Shown one piece after another: positions 59,788 through 64,000 of a stretch of 64,000 bases of DNA. The DNA lies in the NCBI GenBank assembly GCA_020137815.1, contig CM035356.1, positions 4,588,001 through 4,652,000 of the forward strand, read 5' to 3'. The notes under the pieces were generated by a model. The model made no database searches, had not been told where the DNA came from, and saw nothing but the letters and a program-made list of their open reading frames with translations. The stretch's first letter is position 1. Each line of letters opens with the position of its first letter. This DNA comes from Hormiphora californensis. Its lineage: Eukaryota; Animalia; Ctenophora. A program made the position numbers and the translations under genes.

Positions 59788-61550
59788 TTACTGGTCAGGG
59801 TTGGTGTGGTTAAAACAGCCGTCATGATAGACTGCAAACACCGTGGCTACCGCCCAAAGATGGGGGTTCTGGAAGTTTGCCGAGCCATACCTGTCATGGT
59901 CTGCATTCCATAGGCATCTGGATACTACACGGACATCCTGACCTGTCACCTGGAATATGGAGCATTAGTAACCACTCGAATCTCTATTATAATTTGGAGA
60001 TGTCGCGTCGAAGTGGTGGTCGTTCGTTCAGCGGTATCTAAGCGACAGACTGCTCCTTCATAAAACACTTCATATGACCAAAGCTGTAAAGCTGTTGCTC
60101 AAACTTTTGGAACTTCCAGTGGAAGTTTCGTAATACTTTCGAATGACTTTTAACATGTCAGTCTTCATGGTTACCGATACAGTTGCCATGGCAACCGTGT
60201 TATTGACGTTGAAAGTGACGAAAAGAACCACCCGGCGAAGCCGGGTGGGTTATCAAAAAGCCCTTACTTGAGGCGCACCCAATGGGTGCGCTAGTCTCTA
60301 TTATAATTTGGAGATGTCGCGTGATGGTCGTTCGTTCAGTGCGTTTCTACGCGACAGTGCTCCTTCATAAAACACTTTATATGACGAAAGCTGTAAAGCT
60401 GTTATTCACACTTATGGAACTTCCAGTGGAAGTTTGTTAATATTTTCGCATGACTTTTAACATGCCAGTCCCCATAGTTACCACTTTAGTTGCCATGGCA
60501 ACGGTTTTATTGATGTTGAATGTGAAAGAACCACCAGGCGAAGCCGGGTGGGTTATCAAAAAGCCCTTACTTGAGGCACACCCAATGGGTGCGCTAGTAC
60601 AGTTAAAGGTCGATCATTGTACTTAATCAATTAATAATTATGAGTTAATTAAATATCTAATTAAATACCTGCCCAATGGTGACCCAACAGATGAGTTTGT
60701 AGCGTGCCACTTCCTTTATCTCCCTCCTTATCTCATCTTTTATAACGTCAGACAACTGGTTACACATCGCCTTACACACGTCATGCTCATACCTGGTACA
60801 CACTGGTTACTATGGTTACCATTCCGGTTACATACACCCACATGTGATAATACCTAATAAGTACATTATAAGTGAAACACTTGGGTCAAGAAGGAGGGGG
60901 CGTTACTATAACAACACGAATATATTGCAAAGAGGACTGGGTCGGTTAGATTTATATTACAGCACAAAGCTAGGACTGGGTCGGGTTGCCATGGTAACGC
61001 ACTTACTTCATTCCAGTGAGACGGGAGTCGATGATCCTCTGAATGATGTTACCAGCTCTAGATCCTGGGAAGACAACGTCAGGACCCGTTCTGTAGCTGT
61101 TTTCCTGTACAAATTGAAACGAGTTATTTAGTCACTTCTGTTCTCCTGTTGAGTTGTTTTATATGAAGTTTTTTAAAAAACCTGACACTGGGAAAATATG
61201 TTATTGGTTTGGGCAAATTCCCTTTTTTAGGATCAGTAGACATGCAAATCATTTTGATCAGCATTTTAAAAGCTATATCTATCAGCCCCCAAGATTTTTT
61301 ACCTGTACAACTAATTAATCAGCATTCAGCGTGTTTCATGCGAGATATCAGGGGACACAACTCTTACATATTCAACACGTGGTTTTGCCATGGCGGCCCT
61401 TCTCAGGCTGGCTATGGAGCTGCCCGTGTCACTGTAGCACTTGGAGAGCCTCCTTGTTGGGGCTGCATCCCCAGTCTCAGAGATGCGGCGGGTTCGGGCT
61501 ACTACTGCTGCTGCTGCCGGTTCTTGGACGGTGGAACGTCGTGCTATCAT
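59788..61550 (-). CDS. Tctex-type dynein light chain (TCTEX1D1/DYNLT5-like), 4 exons
   Basis: ENSYRTGPD...LTGMKYEH...LSDVIKDEI...RYKLICWVTIGQ...VRVVSRCLWNADHDRY...LWAVATVFAVY. Confidence 0.88.
59981..60597 (+). mobile_element. Two tandem ~310-bp non-autonomous Helitron-like elements in a Tctex intron
   Basis: Each starts TCTCTATTATAA and ends with a GCRCACCCAATGGGTGCGC hairpin plus CTAG|T. An A precedes the first copy. Confidence 0.8.
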
Positions 61551-61838
61551 AGTGTCTGTAGTTGTAACTTGTAAGTTGAGATGGTTATTAGTTGTAAAGA
61601 TGGTTGTATCATATCAGAATCTGTTGTTACTCAACGAATAATCTGATAATCAGATGATGGGGATCAACAAGGTATAAACAAATAGTGTGAGAAAAATTTA
61701 TATTATTTTCAACATTTACATTTTTGCTCATATCAATAAATTACCCCAGACAAAATGATATTTTAAAAGAATAAAAAACTATCTAAATTTTAAAAAGAAA
61801 ATAAGAATTAGTTACGCCAGATAAAATCAGGTTTCAGT

Positions 61839-62546
61839 TTACAGTGCCCTGGAGAAGAGAAGCAGAGATTTGTGTACGGGAGGTACTTTATCCAATCGAG
61901 GTAGCTGGCTGCCATCAGCCTCCTTGATCTCATCATACCTCACCTCCCTCTCAATCTCATAACCAAGCTTCTTAAAGATGGCCTGGGAGTAGACCCCCGT
62001 TCCAATGGATATACCGTGAGTGCAGCCTTTACTCTTAGCCAGCACCTCCGACTCAACAATCAGCCTCTCACCCAAACCATGGCCCCTGTGGTCTGGATGA
62101 ACCACAAGAAAGGTGTCGGAGAGAATCTTATCAGTGGAGAACCTCTCGAAAAAGGGTGTTTTGTCGTACCCCGCTGCAGCGAACATGAGGGGGAGTCGTG
62201 TGAAGACAGCCTCGTGGTCCTCAGCAGATGCAAACAGCCAGAACAAGATACTAACAATGGTGGAATGGAGCCACTTCCACAGTGAGATCAGCAGGGGGTA
62301 ACTGGGCATGTTGACATCACCCAGTCTACATCCCACAACATCCCCAGTCTCCGTGTCAACAGCCATGACGGTGTACCCACTACTTGCTATGGGTGCTATG
62401 AAGCCTTGGTCCCACAGAGGGTACCGGTAGAGGGGGCAGATGATGGACCAAGGTTCCTCTGTGTAAAAGTGACCCATCATGGCCACTATCTCCTGGACTC
62501 GGTCAGGTGTGGCAGGCACCACGCGATATCGGTCAGAGGATGTCAT
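61839..62546 (-). CDS. GNAT acetyltransferase, arylalkylamine N-acetyltransferase-like, intronless
   Basis: HFYTEEP, MAVDTETGDVVGCRLG, VVHPDHRGHGLGERL, TGVYSQAIFKKLGY. Confidence 0.9.
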   Translation of the reverse strand: MTSSDRYRVVPATPDRVQEIVAMMGHFYTEEPWSIICPLYRYPLWDQGFIAPIASSGYTVMAVDTETGDVVGCRLGDVNMPSYPLLISLWKWLHSTIVSILFWLFASAEDHEAVFTRLPLMFAAAGYDKTPFFERFSTDKILSDTFLVVHPDHRGHGLGERLIVESEVLAKSKGCTHGISIGTGVYSQAIFKKLGYEIEREVRYDEIKEADGSQLPRLDKVPPVHKSLLLFSRAL

Positions 62547-62999
62547 GTTCCTGCAACATAGATAATGGGATTAGGAATGAACATTGAATAAGACTGAAGG
62601 TCGATTTCAGCCGCACGAGGGAATTTCAGGGGAATGAGGGGGGAATGAGGATGACGTATTGAATAAGCTTTTTTCAAAGAAGACCCGATTTAAGGAATCA
62701 TCAATCAATAAATCTAATAAAAGATACAATTTATTACATGAGATTAAAAGAACATTTTAGTGATATAACTAGCTGGTCAAATAATTTACACATTGCTTCA
62801 CAGTGCAGTTCTTGTATGGATGTACACTGTAAAGTTTCTATGGTAATAATTTACATTTAGGAAAGTTTAAGAGATTTTACCACTGGTAATCATTTCATCA
62901 ATGCTACAGAGAACATAAACTGGCGTAGAGGCATGTTAATTTTGTTAATATTTTGCTAATTAACATGACAAGCTCCCCCTGCCCCCATTGAATACCAGT

Positions 63000-63716
63000 T
63001 CAAAGGACTTTAGTAAAGAGTTTTGCTGACTGGTGTATTTTTGGTAGTTTCCCCAGGTTGGGCAGCTGCTCCCCACTTTCTAACCGGATATCAGAATACA
63101 TAGTCTCCTGCTCCATTTTATAACCCAACCTATGGAAGACCTTCTGAGAGAAGATCCCGGTTGCCACAGCCACGGTGTGAGTACAACCTGCTGCCCTGGC
63201 AACAGCTTCAGATTCCGCCAGGAGACGCTCACCCAGCCTAGCACCACGTGCAGTAGAACTAACACAGAGGAATGTATCGGAGAGGATCTTACTACAGTTG
63301 AAAACTTTGAAGTATCGCCGCGGGGTGTACCCGGTAGACTCACTGATCAGAGGTAACAAAACCAGCTCCCCATACCGTATCCCCGGTGTAGCATACATCA
63401 AATACATCCCAAACACGATCCATTCCCAGATCCAGTTCTTGAACCGCTCCAGGAGAGAGTAGTGACTCTTGTAAACTCTACCAAGACGTATCCCCACTAT
63501 CTCACCGGTGTGTGTATCGGTTGCCATGACGCTTACCCCGCTCCGTGCACATGGTCCAGTTACCGAGAAATGGAACATTGTGTGAGGAGGGTTGTTAGAT
63601 CCCATCAGGATGGAGAAGGGCTCCTCAGGAAAGAAATGGGTGTTCATGAGGTCGGAAATTTCTTGGAGGCGGTCAGTGTTACATGGGATTGTTTCGATAC
63701 GATACCTCTCACTCAT
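63000..63716 (-). CDS. GNAT acetyltransferase, tandem paralogue, intronless
   Basis: HFFPEEP, GEIVGIRLG, VSSTARGARLGERL, ATGIFSQKVFHRLGY. Confidence 0.9.
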   Translation of the reverse strand: MSERYRIETIPCNTDRLQEISDLMNTHFFPEEPFSILMGSNNPPHTMFHFSVTGPCARSGVSVMATDTHTGEIVGIRLGRVYKSHYSLLERFKNWIWEWIVFGMYLMYATPGIRYGELVLLPLISESTGYTPRRYFKVFNCSKILSDTFLCVSSTARGARLGERLLAESEAVARAAGCTHTVAVATGIFSQKVFHRLGYKMEQETMYSDIRLESGEQLPNLGKLPKIHQSAKLFTKVL

Positions 63717-64000
63717 GTTGCAGTACTGTTGACCTGGGCCTGTTAGAGGGCCTAAAGGAAAACAAAGATTTCAATGAAAAAGAAACTTAAATGAAGAACA
63801 ATACTCATTTCATCATATTATATAAGTAAGGGGGTCGGCCAATATCGGCCATATAATGTAAAAAAGTAAAACCAGTTGATATTGCGAAGTAATAAAGGCT
63901 AAAAGTTAAAACTACAGACGAATGAACAGAAACTTTGCACATAACTTTCTAGTTACACATCACAGATCTGAACAATAATATTATCATCTCAACATTACAC

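Overview
Gene-dense animal genomic DNA, very probably a cydippid ctenophore (Pleurobrachia/Hormiphora-like). That assignment is inferred from a ctenophore-type spliced-leader sequence, characteristic short MITEs and compact genes. Twelve host genes all lie on the minus strand, in transcription order: two GNAT acetyltransferases, a Tctex-type dynein light chain, a GRK2-like kinase, IDH2 (cut off before the assembly gap), a C2H2 zinc-finger gene, RBKS, ATPAF2, PECR, RAD54L and EXOSC2, plus one of two intronless GPCRs nested in a GRK intron (the other is on the plus strand). Mobile DNA includes three non-LTR retrotransposons (RTEX-like, LOA/R1-like, Hero-like), Helitron/Helentron-like and TIR elements, and a ~3.6-kb intronic foldback. 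Two observations stand out. (1) A genomic copy of the trans-spliced leader sits 29 nt ahead of an intronless AlkB-family ORF and truncates a 348-bp tandem array, suggesting a trans-spliced, retrotransposed AlkB element. (2) About ten unrelated intronic minisatellites each repeat a real splice site together with its adjacent exon sequence. Roughly 1-10.7 kb, 36-42 kb and 55.3-56.15 kb are error-rich sequence, so coordinates and frameshifts there are approximate.
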